Positions 29,728-40,593 of a stretch of DNA of 64,000 bases are shown one piece after another. Source of the DNA: Rebecca billardiae RCC1528 (taxonomy: Eukaryota > Protista > Haptophyta); NCBI GenBank assembly GCA_965240325.2, contig OZ251239.1:620001-684000 (forward strand), given 5' to 3'. Under the pieces are notes generated by a model, which saw nothing but the letters and a program-made list of their open reading frames with translations, was not told the origin of the DNA and searched no databases. The position numbers and the translations under genes were made by a program. Numbering within the stretch: the stretch's first letter is position 1; every line of letters begins with the position of its first letter.

Positions 29728-31688
29728 GCGAAGCGGAGGGCGGCGAAGCGGTGCGGGCGCTGCTCCCGCCTCGCTCGTACACTCAAGACCCGCGCGTGCT
29801 CGCCGGCATGCGTCTGGCTGGTCTCCGCTCCGTGGCCGACCCGGCGACGTTCGCGCACGCCGCCGAGGCGGTGGCGGCGCGCGCGGCGCGCGCGGGCGAG
29901 GCGGCGCGCGCCGAAGGCTGGTCGGGGATCGCCGTGGCTGAGTCACTCTGCGGCGCGCTGGTCGGCCGGCTGTCGCGGCTCGCGCCGGCGGAGGCGCAGC
30001 TCGCGAGGCTGCGCCGCGCCGCGTTCATCCCGTGCGTCGACGCGCGAGACTTGGCGCTGCCGCCGGCGCAGATCCGGCCAGCCGACCCGCGCGCCGCGCA
30101 CGGCGGCGGCGGCGGCGGCGGCGGCGCGGCGGCGCGCGGCCGCGCAACGCGCAAGGGCGGCGGCGCGGGCGGCGCGCGGGGCGGGCGCGCGGCACTGAGC
30201 TACCAGCTCTCAGATGCGCTCGAGGACGCCGCCGCTGAAGCGGAGGTCTCGGTGCGCTTCTGGTCCGCGGCGGAAGGCATCGCCACCGCCGGTTGCGCCG
30301 GCTCAGCGGGCGGCGGCAGCGTCGGCGGCGGCGTCGGCGGCATCGGCGTCGGCGGCAGCGGCGGCGTCGGCGGCGGCAGCGGCGGCATCGGCGGCGGCGG
30401 GCTTGCCGCGCAGCTGCTGGATGACGAGCCGCCGGAGCAGCTGGTGCGCGGCGCGCTCTCGCAGCTGCGCGCGCTGCTCCCGCCGCCTCCCGCGCCCTCG
30501 CCGCCGCTGCGCGTGCGCTGGTGTTCGCTCGCCGAATGCGCCGCGCTTGCACTTCGGTCGGACGCGCACCGCTGCTGGCGCGCGCAGTGGCTGCTGCCGC
30601 GCTGCTTCGACCACGGCGCAGCGGACGTGCTGCGCCGGCTGGGCGTGCGCGCGCCGCCCGCGCCGAGCGTGCTGGGCGCGCACCTCGCGAGCGCCTCGCG
30701 CGCGTGGGCGTCCGACCCTGAGCCACCGCCCGTCGCCGTGCGCGAGCGCCTCACGCTGCTGGCGCTTGCGACGGTGGCGGAGGCGGCGCGCGCGGAGGGC
30801 GGCGGGTGCGGCGGCGCCGACGGCGCGGGCGGCGGCGCGGCCGACGGCTCGGCGGGCGCGGCGCTGCGCGCGCTGCGCGGCGCGCCGTTCATCCCGACCG
30901 CCGACGGCTGCCAGGTGCGCGCGCGGCACGTCTGCATCGAGCTGGACGCAGACCTCGGTCCGAGCGCGCGCGCCGTGCCGAGCGCGCTCGCGGGCGTGCG
31001 CGGCCTCCTCCGGGCAGCCGGCTGCGTCACCGCGGCGCAAGTGGCGGCGCGCGTGGGCGCGCGCGTCGCCGTGCGCGCGCCCAACCCGTTCGACTCGCTG
31101 TGGCGCGGGATCCAGACGGCCGGCGCGGACGGGCGCTTCGCCGACTGCGTGCTCGTCGGCGAGGGCGGCGCCGAGGTCCGCGCCCACCGGCTCGTCCTCG
31201 GGCTTGCCTCGCCGACGCTGTCGGCACTGTTCGACTCGCCCGCTGCGGACGGGCGCGGCGCGGGGCTGGTGCGGCTGGACCTGCAGGCGGTGTGCTCAGA
31301 GGAGGCGCTGCGCGTGGTCGTGCGGTACTGCTACACCGGCGCGCTCAACGACGGCTCCGCTGAGTCCGACCGCGCCGCGCCGCCCCTCCGGCCGAGCGCG
31401 CGCGGCGTCGAGCTCGCGTGCGGCGTGCTGCGCGCGGCCGACTACTTCGGGCTGGAGCACCTGAAGCAGAGCCTGGAGGTGGTGCTCGTGCGCTGGGACG
31501 CGGTGTCGCTGCACAACTGCTGCGCGCTGCTCGAGCTGGCCAGGGCGTCCCAGTGCGCCCAGCTCCAGGGCGCCGTGGTCACGTTCATGCGCGAGATGCA
31601 CGACGTGATCTCGCTGCAGCCCGAGTACGCGCGGCTGCCGCCCGAGCTGCGCGCGGCGGTGGCGGACCTGGAGTGGACGCCCGGCTGA
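24633..31688 (+). CDS. Sacsin-like (SR1 Hsp90-type ATPase) N-terminal domain protein with C-terminal BTB/POZ domain
   Basis: FFQQEALTTRIANILEEYPPG..LREFVQNADDA, WNDALFSEADF, TIGKWGLGFNVSYHFTDVP, FRLPLRT and FCFLPLP..TCLPVHVNAAF are sacsin motifs. FADCVLV..EVRAHRLVL..SPTLSALF..YCYTG..AADYFGLEHLK is BTB. Introns within the low-complexity middle cannot be excluded. Confidence 0.9.
27240..27320 (+). repeat. (GCGGAG)n coding microsatellite encoding (AE)n
   Basis: About 13 perfect hexamer units. Confidence 0.9.
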
Positions 31689-32099
31689 GCGGGGGCGAGG
31701 GGCGGGCGGCGCGGCCGCTCGGCGCGGCGCGCGCGGACGCGTGCGAGCATGGGGCGGCGGCGTTTGGGGAGGGACTGTCGGGATGGTTTGTGGACGGGCG
31801 CCATCGTGGGCCGAAAGCCCGAAACATCCGCCGCCGTGGCCACCGTCCGCTCCCTTTCTTGGGAGGGCTGTTCCGCATATGAACGAAGTTTGGTCTTCGC
31901 GCCGGTTGGATCTGAAACGACGTACTTCCTCCGCTGCCAGCTGGCCTTTGACGCGCGCCATAAGCCGTTATGTGCGCGCATTTCAGACTATCCAGCCGAC
32001 AGTCTTCCCGCGCGCGTATTTTGCTCGTTTCGGGCGCGCGCGCACGCTACAAAGCTTGACGAACGACGCAGGCTCGACGCGTCCGCACCCTCCCGCCGC

Positions 32100-33659
32100 A
32101 TGGCTGGACGCGCTGTGCCGGCGGACGCCGGCGTGCAACGATCGGCAACGCGCGCGCGGGGCGAGCCGGCGCTCACGCTCGGCACGCTGCCGCTCGAAGT
32201 GATCGAGCACGTCCTCGAGCACCTCGGCGCGCGCGACATTGCGCGAGTCAACGCCGCCTCGCGCGCGCTCCGCGGCGCGTCCGCGGGGCGCGGCACGGCG
32301 GCCGAGCGCGTGCTGCGCGCGCGCGCGCGCGAGCGCGGGCACGAGCTGCCGCGCGCGCTGCCGTGCGGCGCGCGCACGTGGACAGATGAGCTGCTTTGCC
32401 GCGAGCTCGTCTGGGAGGGCGCGCAGGCGCACGCGCTCCTCGCCGACGCGAGCAACAGCGGCACGCGCGAGCCGTTCAGCGCGTTCGTGGATGTGCGCGA
32501 GCGCGCGCTCTACACGTGCGGCGAGACGGGCGGCTTCACGGCTGAGGCGCCCGCCGCGCCGATGGCGAGCGCGCACGCCGGTCCCGCCGTCCTCACGCCC
32601 ACGCTCGTCGGCTCGCTCTCCGCCGTCCGCCTCAGCGCCGTCGCGGCCGGCGCGAGCCACCTGCTCGCTCTGAGCGAGCGCGGCGCCGTGTACGTGTGCG
32701 GCGGCCAGCCGGACTTGCAGGGCGCGCTGGGGCTGGGTCCGGACGTGCTCGTGGTCGACTCGCCGACGGTGATCCCCGCCCTCGCCGCCGAGCACGTCGT
32801 CGCCATCGCCGCCGGCGCCGTGCACAGCCTCGCGCTCACGGCCGCGGGCGTCGCGTACTCGTGGGGTGAGAACCAACACTGGGGGCAGCTCGGCGTCGGC
32901 GACTTCCGGCTGCACTGGGAGCCGCGCCGGCTGGAGGCGCCCGGCGGGTCGCGGGTCGCGGGGATCGCGGCGGGCGCGGTGCACACGCTCCTGCTCTCCG
33001 CCGAGGGCCACGTCTACGCCTCCGGCTGCGCGCGCTTCGGCCGCCTCGGACTCGGGCCTGCTTGGGAATTGTCTGTGCTCGCGGCCGAGCCGAGCCCTGT
33101 GCGCGTCGAGGCGCTCGCGGGCGTGCGCGCGGTGCACGTGAGCGCGGGCGCGTACCACAGCCTGGTGGTGGACGAGGCGGGCGGCGTGTACTCGTTCGGG
33201 CTGGGCTCCGCAGCCCTCGGCCACGGCGACCTGGCCTGCCAGCACGTGCCCAAGCGCATCGACGCGCTGCGCGGCGTGCGCGCGCGCAGCGCGAGCGCCG
33301 GCTTTCAGACTTCGATCGTGCTCGACGAGCGCGGCGGCGTGCACGCGTTCGGCCAGGGCGTGCGCGGCGTGCTCGGGCACGCGGAGGCGGCCGAGCGGGA
33401 CGTGCCGGCGCGCGTCGAGGCGCTCGCCGGCCGGCGCATCGTCAGCTGCTCGCAGGGCGGCGCGCACTCGCTGTTTGTCGACGCCGACGGCACCGTGCTG
33501 TCGTGCGGCCGCGCGTCGGCCGCCCTCGGCCGCGGCATGAGCCGCACGCACGTCGGCGGCCGCGCGACGGCGCCCGGGTGGCAGTCGACGTGCCCCACGC
33601 CCGCGCCCGTGCCTGACGTCGTGTGCCGCCGACGAGACGGCCCCGCCCACCTCACGTGA
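32100..33659 (+). CDS. F-box + RCC1-repeat protein
   Basis: LGTLPLEVIEHVLEHLGARDIARV..ASRALR (F-box), followed by about 6 RCC1 repeats (AVAAGASHLLAL, AIAAGAVHSLAL..YSWGEN..GQLG, HVSAGAYHSLVV). Confidence 0.88.
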   Translation: MAGRAVPADAGVQRSATRARGEPALTLGTLPLEVIEHVLEHLGARDIARVNAASRALRGASAGRGTAAERVLRARARERGHELPRALPCGARTWTDELLCRELVWEGAQAHALLADASNSGTREPFSAFVDVRERALYTCGETGGFTAEAPAAPMASAHAGPAVLTPTLVGSLSAVRLSAVAAGASHLLALSERGAVYVCGGQPDLQGALGLGPDVLVVDSPTVIPALAAEHVVAIAAGAVHSLALTAAGVAYSWGENQHWGQLGVGDFRLHWEPRRLEAPGGSRVAGIAAGAVHTLLLSAEGHVYASGCARFGRLGLGPAWELSVLAAEPSPVRVEALAGVRAVHVSAGAYHSLVVDEAGGVYSFGLGSAALGHGDLACQHVPKRIDALRGVRARSASAGFQTSIVLDERGGVHAFGQGVRGVLGHAEAAERDVPARVEALAGRRIVSCSQGGAHSLFVDADGTVLSCGRASAALGRGMSRTHVGGRATAPGWQSTCPTPAPVPDVVCRRRDGPAHLT

Positions 33660-34479
33660 GGCGGACGCGTGCAGGCACGCGGCGGCCGGCAAGGTGCCGA
33701 GGAATTCGACAAACGATCATCGGATCATCGTTTATTCGTTTCCGTCCAATCTGATGATTCGAAATAGAATCCCGATCACATCAACCCTCAATCTCGCTCG
33801 GAGATTTCGCGAGCGATTATTGCGCATCGAGAATCCGAACGTCGTGATCCGTACGGGCCAACCGGCCTTCCCGCCCGCGGCGAATCTGGCTCTCACAATC
33901 ATCCGAGCCAGAGCCACGGCCGTGAACTCAATTCATCTAGAGCTGAGCGGAACGGCTCGGGCATGATTCGGCCACGGTGACGCCTCGAGCGGCGGCACGG
34001 GCCAAGCGTGAGCAGACAAGTGCGTGACCGCACGGACGGAGGTGGTCCGACTGCGGCAGACGACGAGAGCGCATGCTGTGCTCTGTGCGACACTCGCGGG
34101 ACGGTCGGCCAGGGAAGGCCCCGGTCGGGGCGGCGCGGACTGACGCCGGCCTTGCGGCGTGGGTGTGCTTGACTGCGCGGAGGGCGTGGACACGACGACG
34201 GATGTGCGACGTGCGGCGACGAGACACGGAGCCTCGCGGCGAGAGCGCTCGGGCAGAGCACCCGGCTCCCTCGACCGCGGGCCAGCCCAGACACGTGCGA
34301 GCGTGAGGGCGCACAGCGGGCGGCGCCGGAGCGGCCGCCTGCGGCGCGCGGGAGCAGGTGTGGTGTACAGCGTACATGCGTACGCGGGGTGTACGGCTCG
34401 GGTGTACACATCGGCAGGGCGACGAGTGGACGAGGGCATTGACTTGGACGAGACGAGTGAGGGCGCGGCGGAGCGTGCG

Positions 34480-35268
34480 TCACGCGTGGACGGCGTGTGA
34501 GGGCCCGTGCCGAGCCGCCGGCGGCGCCATCGGCACCGTCACCAGCATCGGCACGACGTGCGCCGCCATCACGGGCGCGTAGTGCGGCGGCAGCCCGTGG
34601 TGGTGCGGCGCGGGCGAGGTGCGCGGCTTGCTCGCGGGCGGCGGCGGGCCCGGCGGCGGCGGCGGCGACGACGCGTTGCCCTGCCGAGGCGGTGGGCCCG
34701 GCGGCGGCCGCGGCGGCGGCGGCGCCGCGCCGATCGGCACAGCAAACGTCGTGATCGGCGCGTGCTGCGGGATCGGGGCGGCCCAGCTGTGCGGGCCGTT
34801 CGGGGCGGGGGGCGAGGTGTGGCGCGGAGGCGGCGCGGTCGGCGGCGGCGGCGGCGAGCGGCCCGGCGGCGGCGGCGGCGGCGGCGAGCCCGTGTGCCGC
34901 CGCGGCTGCTGGTGCTGCGGCATCGGCCGCGGCGCCGCCATCGGCCGTGGGTGTTCAAGTGCAGGTGCGGCGGCCGGAGCGGCGACTGGCATCGCCTCCG
35001 ACGTCCGTGTGTACGACGGGTTCAGCCTCGAGCGCGCTGCCGGCCGATTCGACCACGTCACTGGGTCTGTGCGCACACGCGGCCGGACGATGGCCGACGC
35101 AACTGCCAGCCCGCCGTCGACGTCGGCGTCATCGTCGCTGCCATCGAGTGTGTCGAGCAGGCCGAGCTCGGAGAGTGACCTGCGCAGAATCTGCTGCTGG
35201 TGGTCGTCCAGCCCGGTGAGTTGTCCCGAGGCAACCGCGTCCACAGCGGACGCGTCGCCAAAGGACAT
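34480..35268 (-). CDS. Hypothetical proline-rich protein (3' end may be spliced)
   Basis: ORF with a plausible N-terminus and PPPGPPP tracts, preceded by a lower-GC promoter-like region. No domain recognised. Confidence 0.45.
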   Translation of the reverse strand: MSFGDASAVDAVASGQLTGLDDHQQQILRRSLSELGLLDTLDGSDDDADVDGGLAVASAIVRPRVRTDPVTWSNRPAARSRLNPSYTRTSEAMPVAAPAAAPALEHPRPMAAPRPMPQHQQPRRHTGSPPPPPPPGRSPPPPPTAPPPRHTSPPAPNGPHSWAAPIPQHAPITTFAVPIGAAPPPPRPPPGPPPRQGNASSPPPPPGPPPPASKPRTSPAPHHHGLPPHYAPVMAAHVVPMLVTVPMAPPAARHGPSHAVHA

Positions 35269-36089
35269 GGTGCGGTGCCGCTTGGCGGGCCGGCTTGGGG
35301 AGGAGGACGTGGTAGGATGGTCAGTGCTCGCTGGTTCTGATACTTATTGACGGAAGATTTAGCGTGACTCTTCAGGCTCTGGAGTATGCCTCCTCGCAGA
35401 GTCCGAGCCGTCCCAAGATTCGCACGTTCTCGTCGTGCTGCACAAGCGCGCGCGACTGTTGAACGCGCAAGTTGCATAGGGATGGACTGGATGGAGCAGT
35501 CTGAATCATGATACAAGCGGGTATTATGGCTTCATCCGACTGGCTTCAGACGTGCCCGCCTGGATGCGCGTGGTCAGAACGCTGCTAGGTGAACAGTCGT
35601 CCGCGTGAAGAATCACACTACCACGCCGTACCCGCACTTTCCTGGAGAGTGGAAATGTGAGGGATCCGTCGGAAGCTTTTCCGAGACCGAGATCAGGGCT
35701 TCCGCTTCATAGGTTGCTCCGTCAAGCCTCATATGTTTCATACATCATGCTGATCATCACCGTGACCAAAGGTGGGTATGAGTGAGGTAGGCGCGCCCGT
35801 CGATAATGTACCACACGTCCCACACTTGTTATTGAGACGCGACGATCCTCTTGCATATCAATATGGTCTCGTCAAATATGCGTGCTCATTCTTGGAAGGA
35901 TCGTGAGGCTACCCCTGCGCAGCCCCCTCGGCCCAGACCAACGGTCGTCCTCCGATTTCGAGCACTTCGGCAGTTCGCTGCTGCGGGTGCTCGAGTCATA
36001 GCTCGTCCGACGTCTCGTCCTCAACCCGAGACCGGGCGGCGGGCACGCGTCCCTGGGCGGGGGTCGCGCGCGGAGCACCCGCATCCGCG

Positions 36090-38020
36090 CTAAGGCGTCC
36101 AGTCTGCCCACTCGCCCAGTGGGTCGCCCTCGTGCTCGCTGTCGCTGCCGAGCGCGCCCACGCCGTCCGGCGGCGAGTCGGCGTCCGCCCCGCCTCCATC
36201 GGCATCTGAGCTCGGCTCCGGATCGTCCGGACCGTTGCCCTCCGCCAGCGCACCGTCGGCAGCGCCGGCGGGGAGCTGGGCGGTGTGCGCGCCGGCGCCT
36301 CCCGCCCCCCCGACCCCGCCCTCCCCGCCCTCCTCCGCGCTCTCCACGCGGCGCATCAGCTGCGCGTTCTGAGGACTGAGGGAGAGGTCCACAGTGAGCC
36401 CGACGCCGCCGAGCCGCCAGCATGCGTGCGCGCACTCCTGCGCGCGCGGCGAGAGAGGGGCGCGGCGTGCGGCGCGCGCGCGGGCAGGCGGGCGCGGGGA
36501 TGAGCGCGGCACGCGCGCGCGCCACGCACACCGCGCGCCTCGCGATCCCTCGCGGCGCCGCGCGCGCCGACGCGCGCACCGGCATGGCCGCCGGCTGCGC
36601 GCGTCTATCCCGGAAGCAGCGGACAAGCGCAGCGCACTCCGCGGGGTCCGTCGTGTCGTTGCGCCGCACGTCGACGCGGTGGAGCGCGGAGGCGCGATGG
36701 CACGCGTCGGCGAGCGGGATGAGCCACTCCGCCTGCAGCCCGTTCCCCGACAGGTCCACCTCCTCCAGCAAGCTGCGCGGAGCGCAGGAGGCGCGCGGCG
36801 CGGCGCGGCGGCAAGCCAGTCAGCAGGGCGCGCGGCGCGGCGGCGCGCCGCGCGGCGCAGCGGGCGCGGAGGAGGCGGTGTGGGCAGGGCGCACGCAGGC
36901 TTGCACCGGCGCACGCGCCCGCGCGCGAGCACGCGGCCGGACGCCCCGCGCACGCCCTCCACGCGCTGGCGGCGGCGGCGCGCTCGCGCGCGCGCGCTCA
37001 CCGGCACGCGGGCAACGCGGCCGCGAGGTGCTGCAGCCCCCTCCTGCCGATGTTGTTGAGCGGGAGGAAGAGCGCGCGCAGCGCGGGCCAGGCGGGCAGG
37101 AAGGTGGCGAGGTGGAGCGCGCCGCCGGGGCCGATCCCGTTCGCCGCGAGGTTGCAGCACGCCAGCACCGGGCAGCGCGACAGCGCGTGCGCGAGTGCCG
37201 AAACGCCGCCGTCCGTCAGCGAGTTGGACGCGAGGTTGAGCGAAGCGAGGGATCGGCAGCGCGGGAGGCTCACCCGGAGGAGCTCAGCGCCGGTGGCGCC
37301 GAGGCCGTTGAGCGAGAGGTCGAGGTCGGCGAGGCGCTCGAACGAGCCGAGCAGCGGGAGCAGCGCGTGCTGCGACGCGTACGCCGACGCCATGCTCATC
37401 CCCAGCGCCTCGAGGCGAGCGCACCGGCTGAGGCCTCCGTGCAGCACGGCCGCCGCGTCGGCCGGCAGCACGGCCTGGTCGAGGATGAGCTCGTCGAGGG
37501 CGGGCGCGCGCGGGAGCGCGGCGGCGAGGAGGGCGACGCCGGCCGGGCACGGCCGCGCGCGCGAGAGGTCGAGCGTGCTCAGGTGCGCGCAGCGCGGCAG
37601 CGCCGCGCACAGCTGCGACACGCATGCGTGCTCGCGCGGCGCGCCCTCGGCGGCCGCGACGCGCAGGCTGGGCGTGCAGTGCAAGCCGGAGAGCGTGAGC
37701 CGCGCGGCCTGGTCGAAGCGGGCGAGGAGGCGCTCGATCGGCGCGGCGGGCGAGACCACCACCTCGCGCACCGCCGACGAGAGCACGCGCAGGAACTCCT
37801 TGCACACGAGCATGTGCGCCAGCATCGTGCAGTCGTCGCCCATCAGCTGGTAGATGTGCTTGAGCAGGTCGGGCGTGCCGAGGAGCGCGTGGCGCGCGGC
37901 GGAGACGGTGGCGTGCGCAGCGCTCGCGCCCGCCGTGGCGGACGCGCCGACGCCGCGCGCGCCCAGCTGCTGCGGCGCCGGCTCGGCGAGGTGCACCCGC
38001 TTGCTCCACGGGGCGGCCAT
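36090..38020 (-). CDS. RI-like leucine-rich repeat protein, 3 exons (38020-37002, 36772-36580, 36437-36090)
   Basis: LRR motifs LADLDLSLNGLG, LASLNLASNSLT and LEEVDLSGNGL. GT-AG introns at 37001-36773 and 36579-36438 join the ORF fragments in frame. Confidence 0.8.
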
Positions 38021-38237
38021 TTGCGCGCTCGAGATGATTGCGCCCGCAACCCGCTCACAATTGATTAGAATCGAGGTGACGCAGCCCGGTATTCATCGAC
38101 CAGATTTCAGGGTGAGAATAGCGAGATTGCTCCCAAGATCTCAATTATCATACTGATGTAGGCCCACGGGGGTCGGGGGTACCAGTCTCTTCTATCATCA
38201 TCCGGACGGGATGGCGGCCAGCCGCTCAAGAGGGCGC

Positions 38238-38319
38238 GCCAGGCGGGTGGCCATGCCAAGCAGAGGAGCACCCTCTCAAGCTCTCGTGCTCCTCTGCTTG
38301 GCATGGCCACCCGCCTGGC
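38238..38319. repeat. Perfect 34-bp inverted repeat with 14-nt loop
   Basis: GCCAGGCGGGTGGCCATGCCAAGCAGAGGAGCAC (38238-38271) is the exact reverse complement of 38286-38319. Confidence 0.92.
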
Positions 38320-39329
38320 ACCCCAGCGCCCCGCTCGCCGAGGCCGCGCTCCCTCGCCACGCGTGCGCGTGCTCGCGCGTGTGCACGCCCTCGACGGCCA
38401 ACGCGACCGAGCGCTGCTTTGACCCGATCCCGCGCTGCGCGAGCGCCGTCCAGTTCCTGCGCACGCCCGAGTACCGGCTCGCCGCGCTCGAGTGGAACAC
38501 TGTGTACCGCGCGTCGGACATCACGCGGACGTACGGCTCGCGCTGGCGCCTCGACTCGATGAGCGTGCTCTGCGAGCCCCGCTACCGCGGCACGCTGCTG
38601 CGCGAGGCGCTGCGGCGCTCGTCCACAATCGACGGGCGGCCGCTCGCCAACGTGAGCGACGACGCGCTCGAGGCGCTGATCGCCAGCCGGACGGAGGGCG
38701 GCGCGTCCGAGCCGGGGCACGCGCTGCGGATGGGCTGGAAGGGGCCGAACGGCGTGCACCTCGGCCGCGGCGTCGGCCACTTCGCGCTCGCGCTCCTCAA
38801 CCGCTGGCGCGCGCGGCAGTGCGCGGGCGCGCCCGCCGACACCCTCGTCGTGATGCTGCGGCTGGGCGACGGCGTGGGCAACAACAACGCCACGGAGGTG
38901 GAGGCGCGGATCGACGGCATGCTCGCCGAGCTCGCGGCGAACGGCACGCGGCTCGCGCGCGCCGTCGTCTCGGGCGTCCTCAACTACGCGACCAACCCCA
39001 TGATCAAACTGGGCAGCAGGGCGAAGGTGCATCACCCGTACGAGCGCCAAGCGGCGTACGACGAGCGCTCCGTGCAGCTGGTCGACCGGATCGTCGCGCA
39101 CGCGCGCGCGCGCGGGCTCGAGACGACGGTGCGCTCGGTCGCGGACGCCGACCTCGACATCTGCTACTACGTCTTCTCGCCGCACGTCGCGCTCAGCGGC
39201 GAGCTCAGGCCCCGCGGCTTTGGCTCATTCGTGCGCATGCTGCGCGAGCGCGTCGCCGCCATCGAGCGCGGCGAGCCCAACGCGCTCGTGGGCGGGCAGT
39301 ACTGGCGCCGGCGGCGCGCGCGCGCCTGA
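38253..39329 (+). CDS. Signal-peptide protein, possible fucosyltransferase-like (GT-B) enzyme
   Basis: N-terminal ALVLLCLAW. TLVVMLRLGD resembles the GT11/GT23 HxRRGD motif, and DADLDICYYVFSPH...GFG resembles the C-terminal motifs. The function call is weak. Confidence 0.6.
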   Translation: MPSRGAPSQALVLLCLAWPPAWHPSAPLAEAALPRHACACSRVCTPSTANATERCFDPIPRCASAVQFLRTPEYRLAALEWNTVYRASDITRTYGSRWRLDSMSVLCEPRYRGTLLREALRRSSTIDGRPLANVSDDALEALIASRTEGGASEPGHALRMGWKGPNGVHLGRGVGHFALALLNRWRARQCAGAPADTLVVMLRLGDGVGNNNATEVEARIDGMLAELAANGTRLARAVVSGVLNYATNPMIKLGSRAKVHHPYERQAAYDERSVQLVDRIVAHARARGLETTVRSVADADLDICYYVFSPHVALSGELRPRGFGSFVRMLRERVAAIERGEPNALVGGQYWRRRRARA

Positions 39330-40593
39330 CGGCCGCGTGCTCGTGGGCCGTCCGCACGCCCGGATCGGTGTGGCCGCATGGGCAGCATTGCCGCCGCCGA
39401 TGAATTACCGTCGCGACGCCACCGTGACCGCGTCATGATGATGACTCATGTGATGTGTCGTCCGTCACGGACGGTGCGACCGTACTAGGCGAGTCGGCGA
39501 CCGTTTAGGCGTTGGACGCAGTACCCGTGCCTGCCGCCGGCGCCGGGCTCCGAGTCCGAGAGGGCCGTGCTGCCGGCGCGCCGTGAGTCCGCCGAGACTA
39601 GCAGTAGCAGTGATCGAGTCACGGCAGAGACCGCCCGCACGGAGTAGTCTGCCCGAGACAGTCTGGTGTGGTAGCGATCAGTATACTCCGAGTCAGTGGG
39701 ACCGTCCTGCGCACGGCCGGTGCCACTCAGTCGTAGTATACTGCTGCTGCCGTAGCCCGAGTACGACCGCTGATTACGCGTCACTACTCTCGGAAGTACG
39801 GCCGAGCAGTACTGCTGTAGTCATCCGAGCCGACAGCCTGACAGTAGTCTGCTTATGCATGAGACATTCATCATGATGAGTCGGTACAGTACTGTCGTCT
39901 ACTGATAACTCGTGCTGTCTCCGCGGACTGTCTCATCTCATGTCTTCACGCCTCCGATGGCGATGAGTCATGAGCAGCCGCGGATGAGCTCCGCCGTGAG
40001 CTCCGTGGCGGGACGGTCACGAGACACGAGTCAGCCGAAGAATCATGAGCGCCGACGAGCGGAAACGGAAAGCAGGGCGGGCAACCGTTGCCGGTTGCCG
40101 CCAAACGGGTGCTGATGCAGATGATGGTTCCAATGCACGAGCAGGTGCGGGTGTGCTGCATGTACACGGCGGCGGGCGCACTGCATGCGGGCGGGGAGCG
40201 TGCATCGCGATGGCCTGGGAGCCGAGACGCCTTCCTCGGAGCGCCTGCGGATGACCATGGCGGCACGATGATGATGATGGTAGCATGCGGCTGGCGTCTC
40301 CTGGCTCGGAGACGCCGGAGCGACAGTCAGCATGCGCTGTCATGTCATGGATGTGAGGACGAGTGCATGCTGGCTTGCAAAGTGCACACTGGCGGTGGGC
40401 CACTGGTGGTTCGGGGAGCTGGGGCGCGCGAGACGTGCGTGCGATGCGTGGGCAGGACACGTGGAGGCGCGCGACGGGGGTTGCCCGCCGCGCGCGAGCG
40501 CTGGCGGTCAGAGCGGCGGCCGCGGCCGTCGCCCAGTCCCGCCGCCGATCGGTGCGCCGCGGCGCCGCGGCGCCGAGGCGCCGGCCCGCAGCC

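Noticed and set aside
39430-40050. GTAC/AGTC/TCAT-rich intergenic tract as a structured repeat or ncRNA
   Set aside because: No consistent period or pairing found. Similar composition occurs after other genes (e.g. 22940-23160), so it is probably ordinary 3' flank.
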